Part shown: positions 1-10,993 of the stretch, piece after piece
Numbering within the stretch: position 1 is the stretch's first letter
Layout: the number at the start of each line of letters is the position of its first letter
Assembly: GCA_964187785.1 (NCBI GenBank)
Contig: OZ076409.1
Coordinates: 71,426,001-71,490,000 of the forward strand
Length of the DNA stretch: 64,000 bases
Direction: 5' to 3'
From: Amphiscolops sp. MND2022
Taxonomy: Eukaryota
Position numbers and translations under genes: made by a program
The notes under the pieces: model-generated
What the model saw: the letters and a program-made list of their open reading frames with translations, nothing else
Databases searched by the model: none
Told to the model about the DNA's origin: nothing

Positions 1-1463
1 ACCTACTCGCAGTCAAACACTCAACAAATTGCATCCAATGTGAAAATAAAATTTTTTTCGGGGTCATAAGCGTTTCACAAGGATTTCTCAACTTAGTATT
101 AATTTACAAAATGGTCATTTTGAACACAATATTTTCATCGAGGCTTGTCGGCTATAGCCTTAATGTTCTAGAACGGTCCCACTGGCAACGTAGGAACCAT
201 TTATAGTAATAGAAAGTTTTAAAAAAATTTTTCATCCGGTCTTCAGTCATTTTTCAGTCATTCGGAACTTAACTTAGAAAAATTTCGACCAAAATACCCA
301 TTTTTTGTCAGGTCGAAAATTCAAATTCAGATTTTTAAGCAAAATTATTAACTCTGACGTAACCCATGGGGCCCATGATACTCAAAACAACAATTGACAC
401 TGGTATCAATGGCTCCAATAACATATGAGTCGCGATAAGACGTTATTTTGAGCAATACGTCTCAATTGAGGTAAAGATCTCGCAAGCCAGCGATCACTGT
501 GAAATGTGATTTCATCAAAAATTTACTCATTTTTGTCAATCACTATGTGCACAGAATGCGTAGGGTGCGTTTCAGCACTATAATGAGGTATTTGAAAGCA
601 TCGAGTTGCTCAAGGGGTGGTATGAGACCTTTTTGTCCCATATACTTCTGTATTTTCCAAAATTTTTAGCCCAATATCTGGAAATACAAACATGACAAAA
701 TACTTTCAACTACTTTATTCAAAGGTTACAATATAGATGAACACTGTGGTTGATCAGAAACTTTCATCTCTTTCGTTTTCCGAAATATTTCCCTTCGCAT
801 GTGTTACATTTGTAGCAGAAAAAAAATCGATACAGAAAAATACGCTATTTTGCTAATATAGAATCGCAATGATTGTGCCTAAAAACTCTTTAAACACTTC
901 TAACGCGACCTTACGCACCCAAAAAGATCGAAAAGGCTATTCACAATGGTGACTTGTGCTCTTTCAACGATCCTGACTGAACAATTTTCGCAAATTATTC
1001 AAGTACCTGTTAACTGAATCTCGTGATAGCCTTTTAAGTTGGCCTTGTGTCAACTTGGGAAGGCTATCACATCAAAAAATTTTCAACAAAAATACTTTTT
1101 GTTTATTGAAAATGACAGTCGATATATAATTTCGTGATTCTATGCTACCGTTAGTACCTTCCATTAAGTCACCTGACGATTGCATTCAGTCTTTGATAAA
1201 TACCTATGAACTCGAAGTCATATTTATAAATTTTTTGCTAAAAATAAACATCAAAATTATCCAAATTTATTAAAATTGAGTCTTTATTGTTTTTGTTTTT
1301 CTTTTTCTACTGTTATTAGGCCCATCAACTTCCTACAGCCACGCTCTCTGTCATACTGTACAACGCCACATAGTGTTGCGACGTGCACGGTCTGTGGGCA
1401 TGCCGAGGCATGCCCTTCGACGACGTATGCCGAATACCGCGGGCCTACGCCCGCGCTCCCCGG
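1..1463 (+). mobile_element. Cassette U0 (partial, 2.0-kb family)
   Basis: Aligns by eye with the 3' part of U4/U10; type A hairpin 1023-1070; core hairpin at 1396. Mobility is inferred. Confidence 0.55.
1023..1070 (+). other. Type A internal hairpin (representative)
   Basis: GTGATAGCCTT-tt-AAGTTG-gccttgtgt-CAACTT-ggg-AAGGCTATCAC imperfect inverted repeat; one copy in every 1.39-, 2.0- and 2.79-kb cassette. Confidence 0.85.
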
Positions 1464-1471
1464 CTAGGTGG
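1361..1471 (+). other. Conserved terminal core + variable tail + junction (representative of 27 copies)
   Basis: CAACGCCACA...GACG(C/T)SCAC direct repeats, hairpin GGGCATGC-CGAG-GCATGCCC (1396-1415), TTCGACGACGTATG, tail hairpin CGCGGGC-ctac-GCCCGCG, then CTAGGTGG (1464-1471). Confidence 0.9.
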
Positions 1472-3669
1472 GCGGGGGTAATTCCCCAACAAAAAAATCG
1501 GCCGGCGGGTCGGGTCCTGCCGGCCGTCCAAAATCAAAATCCTCCTAGTAGAAAACGGCATGTCAAACGAGCTATTTTTTTATTTAACCGTTAGAATTTG
1601 GGTTTAGATTGCATGCGGCCATGAAATGGCCATACGAATGGAAGTTCCTGCTGACGTTTTGCGATTGAAACACTTTATAAAAAGTTATGGCCAATTTGTC
1701 ATTCACCTAGAAGGGCAAAATGAGGAAAATTTTAACAAAGTCACTGATAACTCAAAATGTAATAATTTTTGGACTTTGACAGTGAAACAAGCTTGGAACT
1801 GTCATTTCGTGGCTGTGGCATTGCACTGAACACAAAAGATGTAAAGTTTTCACATTTTTTGAAAATTCGACATTTTTGAATTTTTTTTCACTACTATCAG
1901 TACACTATATGTCAAAAACGCCTCTGAAAAAAATTATTATTTGCTTAAAATTAGAAACCTTGGTATCCATGGTTTCCGTCAGTACCTACTCGCTGCCAAA
2001 CGCTCAACAGTTTGCATCCAATGTGAAAATATAATTTTTTTCGAGGTCATAGGTGTTTCACAAGGATTTCTCAACTTAGTATCTATTTACAAATTGGTCA
2101 TTTTGAACACATTATTTTCATCGAAGCGTGTCAGATACCACCCTAATGCTCACGAATGGGCCTACTGGCAACGTTGGAACCATTTTTAGTAATAGAAAGT
2201 ATTAAAAAAATATTTTCACCCGGTCTTCAGTCATTTTTCAGACATTCGGTACTTAACTTAGAAAAATTTCGCATCAAAAACCCATATTTGGTAGGGTCGA
2301 AATTTGAAATTCAGTTTTTTATGCAAAATTATTAACTCTGACGTAACCAGTGGAGCCCATGATACTCAAAAACACGATTGGGACTGGTATCAGTGGCTCC
2401 AATAACATATGAGCCGCGATAAGACGTTATTCAGAGCAAACGCTCTAAATCGAAGTAAACATCTCTGAAGCCTGGGATCACAGTGAAATGTGATATCACC
2501 AAAAGTTTACTCTTTTTTGTCAATCACTATGTACACAGAGTGCGTAGGGTGAGTTTCAGGACTATAATGAGGTTTTTGAAGTAATCGCGCTGCTCAAGGG
2601 GTGGTATGAGACTATTTTTTCCCATATACTACTACATTTCCATAAATTTGCAGTCCATTGTCTTGGAAAGATAACTTCACAAAAACAATTTTTCTACTCT
2701 ATTCAGTTATTAGAATAAAGTTGAACACTGTGGTTGATCAGAAATGCTCAATTCTTATGGTTTTTAAAAAAATTCCTTCGCATTCGTTACATTTGTGGAA
2801 GGAAGGTTATCAGTAGCTCCAAAAAAACGAAATTTAGCACGAACAGACATGCAACGATGCAAAGCAAAAACGTTTTTACAACTTCCGACGTCATTATTTT
2901 ACCCAAGAAGTTCGAAATTATCATTCGCATGCTGTCATTCGCTATATATACGATCGCGGTCAATTTACAAACATTTAGATTTCATTGTTCTGCTTGAAAA
3001 CCAATTTTTGTCAGGTCGAAATTTTAAATTTTGCCTGGGGAGCAATACCCTTCACGCTGAAGTAAACAGTGGGGCCCAAGTTACTCAAAAACAAGAAAGA
3101 GACTGCTACAATATGTCCTAATAACATATAGACCACGATAGTACGTTTTTCACACAAAAAACTCTCATCCGAAGTAAATATGTTGAAAGCTTTTAATCAC
3201 CGTGAGAAGTGATTTCATCAAAAAATAACTCTTTTTTGTCAATCACTATTTACACAGAATTTGTAAAGTTAGTTTGAGTCATGAAATGAGGCTTTACCGT
3301 AATATGGGTTGCTCAAGGTGTTATATAAGACAAAAACTTCCTCTTTTCTACTAGATTCTTCAAATATTTCAACCCTTTGTCACAATAAGTTAATATTCAA
3401 AATCTCTTTGAAATGTATCTTTATGTTGGGGTGAAGTCTAAGAACAATAACTATGATCGAAGAATGCTAGTACTGGTGTTTGAACCATGTCCGGATGAAC
3501 AAATCACAAAATCATCAAAAAATTGTTCCCTTTTTTGGTTATTTTGGCAGTACTAAAAATGTTAGCCGATAAATAATTTTTTCGATGGCACCATTGGATT
3601 CCTCTCAAAAAAATTGTTATATGACCTGTGTAATAACCCCGTATCTTTTCAATTTAAATATATTTAAAA

Positions 3670-5040
3670 AGCCAACTATTTTGACCAAAATCCTAAAAAT
3701 CATACCAATTCCTAAAAATTTTCAAATGCACCCCATTTGACGTATAAGATAAGCACAGAAAACTATCATATACCGATCAACTCTACTCCTATTGTAGATT
3801 ATTAGAATTTTGTTTAGAATGAATTTTGATGAATATTAAAAAAAATTTGAACCCTCCAAAAATGGGCCAAAATTACACGAAAAAATTGACCTTAAAATAC
3901 CAAATTGTCAAAAAATCATCAAAACCCAGGCTTCTTGGGGTTCTATCAACTCCGCGTGGTCAACAGAGTATGCTAAAACAGGTTTTACCCGTTTTTGAGC
4001 AATATGTGAAAAAACCGACATTTTTGGGAAAGAAAAACATACCATTTCCTAAAAAAATTCAAATGCACGTCATTTGCCGTATTAGAATAGCACAGAAAAC
4101 TATCACATACCAATCAACTCCACTTTCATTGCAGATGAACAGAATTTTGTTTAGAATAAATTTTACCGGATAATAAAAAAATTTGAATCCTTTAAAAATG
4201 GGCCAAAAATACACGAAAAAATGGACCTTAAAAATTTAAAATGTCAAAAAATCATCAAAACAACAGCTTCTTGGGGTTCTATCAACTCCACGAGGTCCAC
4301 AGAGTATGCTAAAACAGGTTTTACCCGTTTTTGAGCAATATGTGAAAAAACCGACATTTTTGGGAAAGAAAAACATACCATTTCCTAAAAAAATTCAAAT
4401 GCACGCCATTTGCCGTATGAAAATAGCACAGAAAACTATCACATACCAATCAACTCTACTTTCATTGCAGATGAACAGAATTTTGTTTAGAATGAACTTT
4501 ACCGGATAATAAAAAAATTTGATTCCTTCTAAAATGGGCCAAAATTACACGAAAAAATGGACCTTAAAATTTTAAAATGTCAAAAAATCATCAAAACTAC
4601 GGCTTCTTGGGGTTCTATCAACTCCACGTGGTCCACAGAGTATGCTTAACCCGGTTTTACCCATCTTTGAGCAAAATGTGAAAATACCGACATTTTTGGA
4701 AAAGAAAAACATGCCATTTTCTAATAAATTTCAAATGCACGCCATTTGCTGTATGAGAATAACACAGAAAGCTGTCACATACCGATCAACTCTACTTCCA
4801 TTGTAGATTATCAGAAGTTTGTTTAGAATAAATTTTGAAGGATAATAAAAAAATTTGAATCCATCAAAAATGGGCCAAAATTACACAAAAAAATTGACCT
4901 TAAAATATCAAAATGTCAAAAAATCATCAAAACCACAATTTCTTGGCGTTCTATCAACTCCATATGATACCAAACCAGGTACTGCCAATCGTTTGAGTTA
5001 TAATAAAAAAACATCTTTTTTGGCAAGAATTCCATACCAT
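3670..5040 (+). repeat. ~336-bp tandem repeat, about 4 copies, inside U1
   Basis: Anchor (A/G)CCA(T/A)TT..TAA..AA.TT.CAAATGCAC at 3704, 4041, 4377 and 4713. Confidence 0.85.
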
Positions 5041-5251
5041 AAATAATAATCATGTTCCATATAAGAAGCGAATCATTTCAGATATATACCCTGTTCATTT
5101 TTTAAATATTACCGGTTATTAATTTAATAGATGTTTTGAATGTGAGCTTCCTAAAAGGTTCAGGTGTGATGATACGTAAATCGAACCTTAGTTTCATCGA
5201 AATCTCAATTGAATATGTCCAATCTTAACCATCAGATAACAAGAAACACTT

Positions 5252-5294
5252 AAGTACATTCCATCTCCCCATCGGGGGAGATGAGAATGTACTT
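5252..5294 (+). other. Type B internal hairpin (representative)
   Basis: AAGTACATTC-CATCTCCCC-atcg-GGGGAGATG-a-GAATGTACTT imperfect inverted repeat; one copy in every 1.27-, 2.19-, 2.37- and 4.76-kb cassette. Confidence 0.85.
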
Positions 5295-6222
5295 TCGAGA
5301 AGCCAAATACGTCCAACATTCAAACTTTTGTAACTTTGTATGTAACTCCTGAAACGAAGAAGGAATAAAATTGTTTCTGGTACATCGATGAGTCTTTACT
5401 TCAGCTTCTATTTCTGCTGAACAAAACCATTCGACTCTTTTGCCGGAGTTAAGATCGATTGTATTACCCAGTGAACAAAGGCATGACTGAAAACGTTTAC
5501 TACTTTGTTCATAATTTTCCGGCCTTCCGAAATGATGAAACGTCCACATAACTAAGATAGCAAGTGAATGACTGCGAAATGCACCTTATTAGATGAGGTA
5601 AATAACGTGTAAAACTCTCCTTTATCCTAACATGAGGTTGAGTAATGATCATTTGAGAATAGTTTGATATGTGAATACAATAGTATAAAACAAGTACATT
5701 TTATATGAATAACGCCGTGGAAAGCGTTCAGAAAGGACAGTAGGCTTGTTTGGAACATGTATGTGTGGTGTCCCTTGGTGGCGTTCGCTTAGTGTATATG
5801 TCGAGGGGTATTCGAGTTGTTATGAGAGAATTTACACACAAGTCTTTTGTTTTTTGGTTTTTTTAAAAAGTCGTTAAGTACCTGCATTCTATCCCCTTCT
5901 CAGAGATGACGTGAAGTTACGTTTGCTAAATAAATGTCATCTGAAGATCACACTCCCGACGAAATTAACTATCTTAACACGTGTTTAGAATTTTAAATAA
6001 ACAACCGTATAAGATTTTTATATTTCATTGAGTTTGATGAAGTCTTTTGTTCTTCTCACTACTATTTCAACCAATACACATATCCGTTACCATATCACAT
6101 GTCTCCATTAGTACAACGCCACATAGCGTTCCGACGCCCACAGTCTGTGGGCATGCCGAGGCATGCCCTTCGACGACGTATGGCAAATGGAGCCATGCCC
6201 GCCGTCTTTACGGCGGTAGCGG

Positions 6223-9013
6223 CTAGGTGGCGGGGGGCTGTCCCCAATAGAATATAGTGAGGTAGGGTAGGGTTCCCTACCGAACATTCAGTACTGAAAG
6301 ACTCTTGTAGTATGAAAATTTTTCGATGTTTTGAGACCGATTTCGGATTCCACCCGTCAGAAGTTTATGATTTTTTGGCCCCCACCCAGATTTTGGGCAC
6401 TGATCGCCCCCCACCAGGTTCCATACCCGTGGTTTCGTTGTGACGGGTACACGAGCGACCGTTAGGGGTCAATCAGGGGGTAAAATTTATAAAAGTGTGA
6501 ATAACTTTTCCCCCCGTCGTTTTAGCAGGTCCGGTCACTAGTAAAGGTTTGTTGGGCATCATGCAGTGGGTACGGGGGGCCAAACAAAAATTTTCTATCT
6601 TGCACCGTTACGGACTTGGCCCCCCGCCCAAACCGCTATTTTACCGGAAATTGCACTTTTTGACCGGGAAGGAGTCGTCTGAGCGCGGAGTCATTTGGTA
6701 ATGTTTTGTAGAGCATCTGGAGACGTGGTGGGGGACATGTAGTTTGCCGACCCCAGTTTACCCCTCGGACGGGAAATGACCGTTATGTGAGTTTCAAAAA
6801 TGCCCCCCTCCAATTTTCCCCGCAATTTCCGGTGTGAAGGAGTCGGAATAGCGTGTCGAGTGCTATATATCAAAAGTAGCTTTAAACAAGGACCTATCAG
6901 AAACATGTGGTTTGGGACCCTTTGAACGGACCCGTTAGCCGGAAATAGGGTGACCGCCTCCTTTTTTTGGTGGTAAAACCGTAAAACGGGCATTAAAGTG
7001 TAATTATCTCGTGAACGCGTGGAGCAATCGTGTCCATCACTCCTACAAGGTTTCATACCCATGACATGGTGCCTTCAGGGGGGCAAACAGATCAGCGCTA
7101 TCTATCACCGTTACGGACTTTGCCCCCCAGCCTAACCGCTATATTACCGGAAATTGCCCTTTTTGACCGGGAAGGAGTCGTCTGAGAGTGGAGTCGTTAA
7201 GTAATGTTTTGTAGAGCATCTAGAGACGTGTTGGGGGACATGTAGTTTGCCGACCCCGGTTTACCCCTCGGACGGGAAATTACCGTTATGTGAGTTTTAA
7301 AATTGACCCCCTTCAACTTTCCCCGTTATTTCCGATGTGAAGGAGTGAGGGTAGCGCGTCGGGTGTCATATATCAAAAGTAGGTTAAGACAAGGACCAAC
7401 CGGGAACATGTTGTTTGGGACCCTCTGGCCCAACCCGTTAGCCGTTATAAGGGTGATCGCCTCCTTTTTTTACTGCTAAAACCGGAAAACGGGCATTGAG
7501 GGGTAAATATCTCGTGAACGCGTGGAGCAATCGTGTCCATCACTACTACAAGGTTTCATACCCATGATACGGTGCCTTCAGGGGGGAAAACAGATTACCG
7601 CTATATATCACCGTTACGGACTTGGCCCCCCAGCCTAACCGCTATGTGACCGGAAATGTCATTTTTTGAGCCAAAAGGGTTGGTCCCAGCGTGGGAACGT
7701 CAGGTAACTTTATGTAGAACTCAATGAGACGAGTTGGGGGATATAGTTTTAGTCACCCCCCGTTGACCCGTTGGACCGGAAACGAACGTTATGTAGTGAA
7801 AAATGTTATTTTTATACTTTTTGAAGGCCATTTAGGGCAGGAAGTATCGGTAATATGTCTTTGGACAGTATACAATGAAAGTTTTGGTGTGAAACGAGCA
7901 ATCTGAAATAACCGTTATTATGATTCGGAAGTCACACTAACAGCGAAAATGACCGTTATGTAGTGAAAATTTTTTTCACAATTTTTTTTATTTTCGATAG
8001 GTCCTTCAAGCCAGGAAGTAGCTGTATTAGGTCTTTGGTCACTTTATGATGATTGTGGTGTTGTGAGATGACCGTACGAACTTGACCGTTATAATGCCCC
8101 TGAAGTTGCGGCGGCACGAGAAATTTCAGAAAGTTTGTCTTTTCTGTGTTTTGTTGGAATAAACATGTAATTTCATCAAACCAAAGTGCATTCAGGGTGT
8201 CAGAAAGCTTCAAGAAAAGAATTTGACAGGAAACATGAGGTGAGAAATAGGAAAATGCCACGGAAATCCAACCCGTTGGGAAGTAAAGATAATAAATTGG
8301 TTTGGAAGTGCCAATCGACGTGTAATTGCGGATCATAGCTACGATATTGTCTCTTTTGTTTCTTTTTGAAGACTTTGAACATTTTCACTTTATCAGCTTG
8401 AAGTTTCGACTCCATTAACTCAATAACCGTTACAATATGATAGCCCTCAAGTTGACCTTGTGTCAACTTGAAAGGGCTATCCTTTCACAACTGCGCAGCG
8501 ACAGTGTGATTGAGTGTTTTTGTTATTATCCATAGCCAATTTGAACTTCAACAAAAGTTTAACCATAGTTAAAAAATTTCATATGATTCTTTTAAAAGGA
8601 TAAGTAAGAAACAAATGTTTGACAAAAAACTTTCAACCTTTAATTTGTGGACTGAATATCAGGAAAACCATGTCTCCTAACGTTGTTGGATGAAATTCAA
8701 CATGATTCTTTTAATAGGATAACAAAGTTTGACAACATATTTTTTTATATTCTTTCGTTGGTGCTCTACATTTTAGGAAAACGAATTTTCCAACAAATAT
8801 TGTTGGCTGATGCCTGTTCATAGTGGCTTGAAAATTTCACCAACTGTAATGCTTTTTATCAAAGGTGAAACCGCTCCTTACCGTCGCATAATGTAATTCA
8901 AGCCGACGCCCACATGCCAACATCAACGCCCACCGTCCGTAGGCATGCCGAGGCATGCCTTTCGACGACGTATGCCAAATCACGCCCCTGCGAGGTCACT
9001 AAAGCGGTAGCGG
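6223..9013 (+). mobile_element. Cassette U2 (2791 bp, 2.79-kb class)
   Basis: Near-identical to U18 but with different neighbours on both sides; type A hairpin 8439-8481; core hairpin at 8941. Confidence 0.65.
6600..7660 (+). repeat. ~503-bp tandem duplication (2 copies plus start of a third) inside U2
   Basis: CACCGTTACGGACTT at 6603, 7106 and 7609. Confidence 0.85.
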
Positions 9014-9021
9014 CTAGGTGG
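8904..9021 (+). other. Terminal core, A-T compensatory variant
   Basis: AGGCATGC-CGAG-GCATGCCT: the outer G-C pair is replaced by A-T. The same variant occurs at 19671, 48566 and 56895. Confidence 0.9.
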
Positions 9022-10993
9022 GCGGGGGTAATTCCCCTTCAAAAAATTCGGCCGGCGGGTTGGGTCCTGCCGGACGTCAAATAGTGTGAAACATCCAGTA
9101 GGAAACGGCGACATAAATCAGCGATTTTAAAATTTAACCGTTAGAATTCGGACTTGGAGTGCATGCGGCCCCAAAATGCCCATACGAATCGAAGTTCCTG
9201 CTGACGTTAAGCGATAAAAACATTTTATAAAAAGTTATGGCCCATTTTACGTTCACCTATAAGGGTAAAATGAGTAAAATTTTTACTAAGTCGCTGATAA
9301 CTCAAAATACATTAATTTTTGGACTTTGACTGTGAAACAAGCTTAGAACCTTCATTTCGTGGCTGTGGCATTGCACTGAACACAAAAGATGTAAAGTTTT
9401 TACATTTTTTGAAAATTCGACTTTTTTGATTTTTTTTCACTACTATCAGTACACTATATGTCAAAAACACCTCTGAAAAAAATTTTTATTTGCTTAAAAT
9501 TGGAAACCTTGGTATCCATGGTTTCTGTCGGAACCTACTAGCTGCCAAACACCCAACAGTTTGCATCCAATGTGAAATTAAAAATTTTTTCGAGGTCTTA
9601 GGTGTTTCACAAGGATTTCTCAACTTAGTTTCAATTTACAAATTGGTCATATTGAACACAATATTTTCATCGAGGCTTGTCGGCTATAACCTTAATGTTC
9701 TAGAACGGTCCCACTGGCAACGTAGGAACCATTTATAGTAATAGAAAGTTTTAAAAAAAATTTTTCATCCGGTCTTCGGTCATTTTTCAGTCATTCGGAA
9801 CTTAACTTAGAAAATTTTCGATCAAAATACCCAATTTTGTCAGGTCGAAAATTCAAATTCAGATTTTTAAGCAAAATTATTAACTCTGACGTAACCCATG
9901 GGGCCCATGATACTCAAAACAACGATTGACACTGGTATCAATGGCTCCAATAACATATGACTCGCGATAAGACGTTATTTTGAGCAATACGTCTCAATTG
10001 AGGTAAAGATCTCGCAAACCAGCGATCACTGTGAAATGTGATTTCATCAAAAATTTACTCATTTTTGTCAATCACTATGTGCACAGAATGCGTAGGGTGC
10101 GTTTCAGCAATATAATGAGGTTTTTGAAGGCATCGAGTTGCTCAAGGGGTGGTATGAGACATTTTCGTCCCATATACTACTGTATATTGCAAATTTTTTT
10201 AGCCCATTATCTGAAAAACTAACTTGACAAAATACTTTCAACTACTTTATTCAAAGGTTACAATGTAGATGAACCCAGTGGTTGATCAGAAACTTTCATC
10301 TCTTTCGTTTTCCGAAATAATTCCCTTCCAATGTGTTACATTTGTAGCAGGAAAAAAACCGAAACTAAAAAATACGCGATTTTGCTGAGATAGAATCGCA
10401 ACGGTTGCGCCTAAAATCTCTTTAAATACTTCTAACGCAACTTTACGGACCCAAATTGATTGAAAATGCCATTCACAATGCTGACATGTGCTCTTTCTAC
10501 GATCCTGGCTGTACAAGTTTTGCATTTTTTTCAAGTACCTGTTAACTGAACATTGTGATAGCCTTTCAAGTTGGCCTTGTGTCAACTTGGGAAGGCTGTC
10601 ACATCAAAAAACTGTCAACAAAATACCACTCGTTTATAGGAAATTGCTGTCGATGCCTAATTTTGTGATTCGATCATGTCGTGAGTTCCTTCCATCAGGT
10701 CAGCTAACAATTGGATTCAGTGTTTGATAAGAACCTATGATTTTTTTGACAATTTTCGTTTTTTCTTGCAAAGAAAAAGTACAAATAAACAATATAAAAC
10801 AAAATTGTAACCTTTAGGAAGTTTAACTTTACCTTTTTTTAACCGTTACCATCACTTTTGACCCTGTACGACCTCGCAATGTCCTTATTACAACGCCACA
10901 TAGTGTACCGACGCCCACAGTCTGTGGGCATGCCGAGGCATGCCCTTCGACGACGTATGCCGAATGCACTGCGGCTACGCCCGCAGTCACCGG
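9014..10993 (+). mobile_element. Cassette U3 (1980 bp, 2.0-kb class)
   Basis: Junction-bounded; type A hairpin ~10554-10603; core hairpin at 10926. Confidence 0.6.

Larger units (their letters stand above)
1464..6222 (+). mobile_element. Cassette U1 (4759 bp, 4.76-kb class)
   Basis: Bounded by junctions; near-identical to U12; type B hairpin 5252-5294; 336-bp internal tandem; core hairpin at 6149. Confidence 0.6.

Noticed and set aside
1023..1070. Type A/B hairpins as integron attC sites
   Set aside because: They lack RYYYAAC...GTTRRRY ends, they are not at the cassette breakpoints, and the cassettes carry no genes.
1361..1530. Core as a tRNA, 5S, snRNA/SL RNA gene or hammerhead ribozyme
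   Set aside because: I see no cloverleaf or A/B boxes, no recognisable snRNA or Sm-site match, and no CUGANGA/GAAA core. An Rfam search is still needed to exclude this fully.
1276..1594. Recurrent short ORFs over the core (VGMPRHALRRRM..., GHAEACPSTTY..., RRRRACLGMPT...)
   Set aside because: They occur in several frames and on both strands with inconsistent starts and stops. They simply translate a conserved GC-rich palindromic element and show no recognisable domain.
3826..5046. Repeated Lys-rich ORFs in the 336-bp tandem
   Set aside because: They arise from A-tracts, and the frames are broken or appear on the other strand in the U5 and U14 copies.
6691..8466. 123-aa and 126-aa minus-strand ORFs repeated in U18
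   Set aside because: They are conserved only because U2 and U18 are near-identical DNA. The 123-aa ORF is not kept in the adjacent 503-bp duplicate, and neither resembles a protein family I know.
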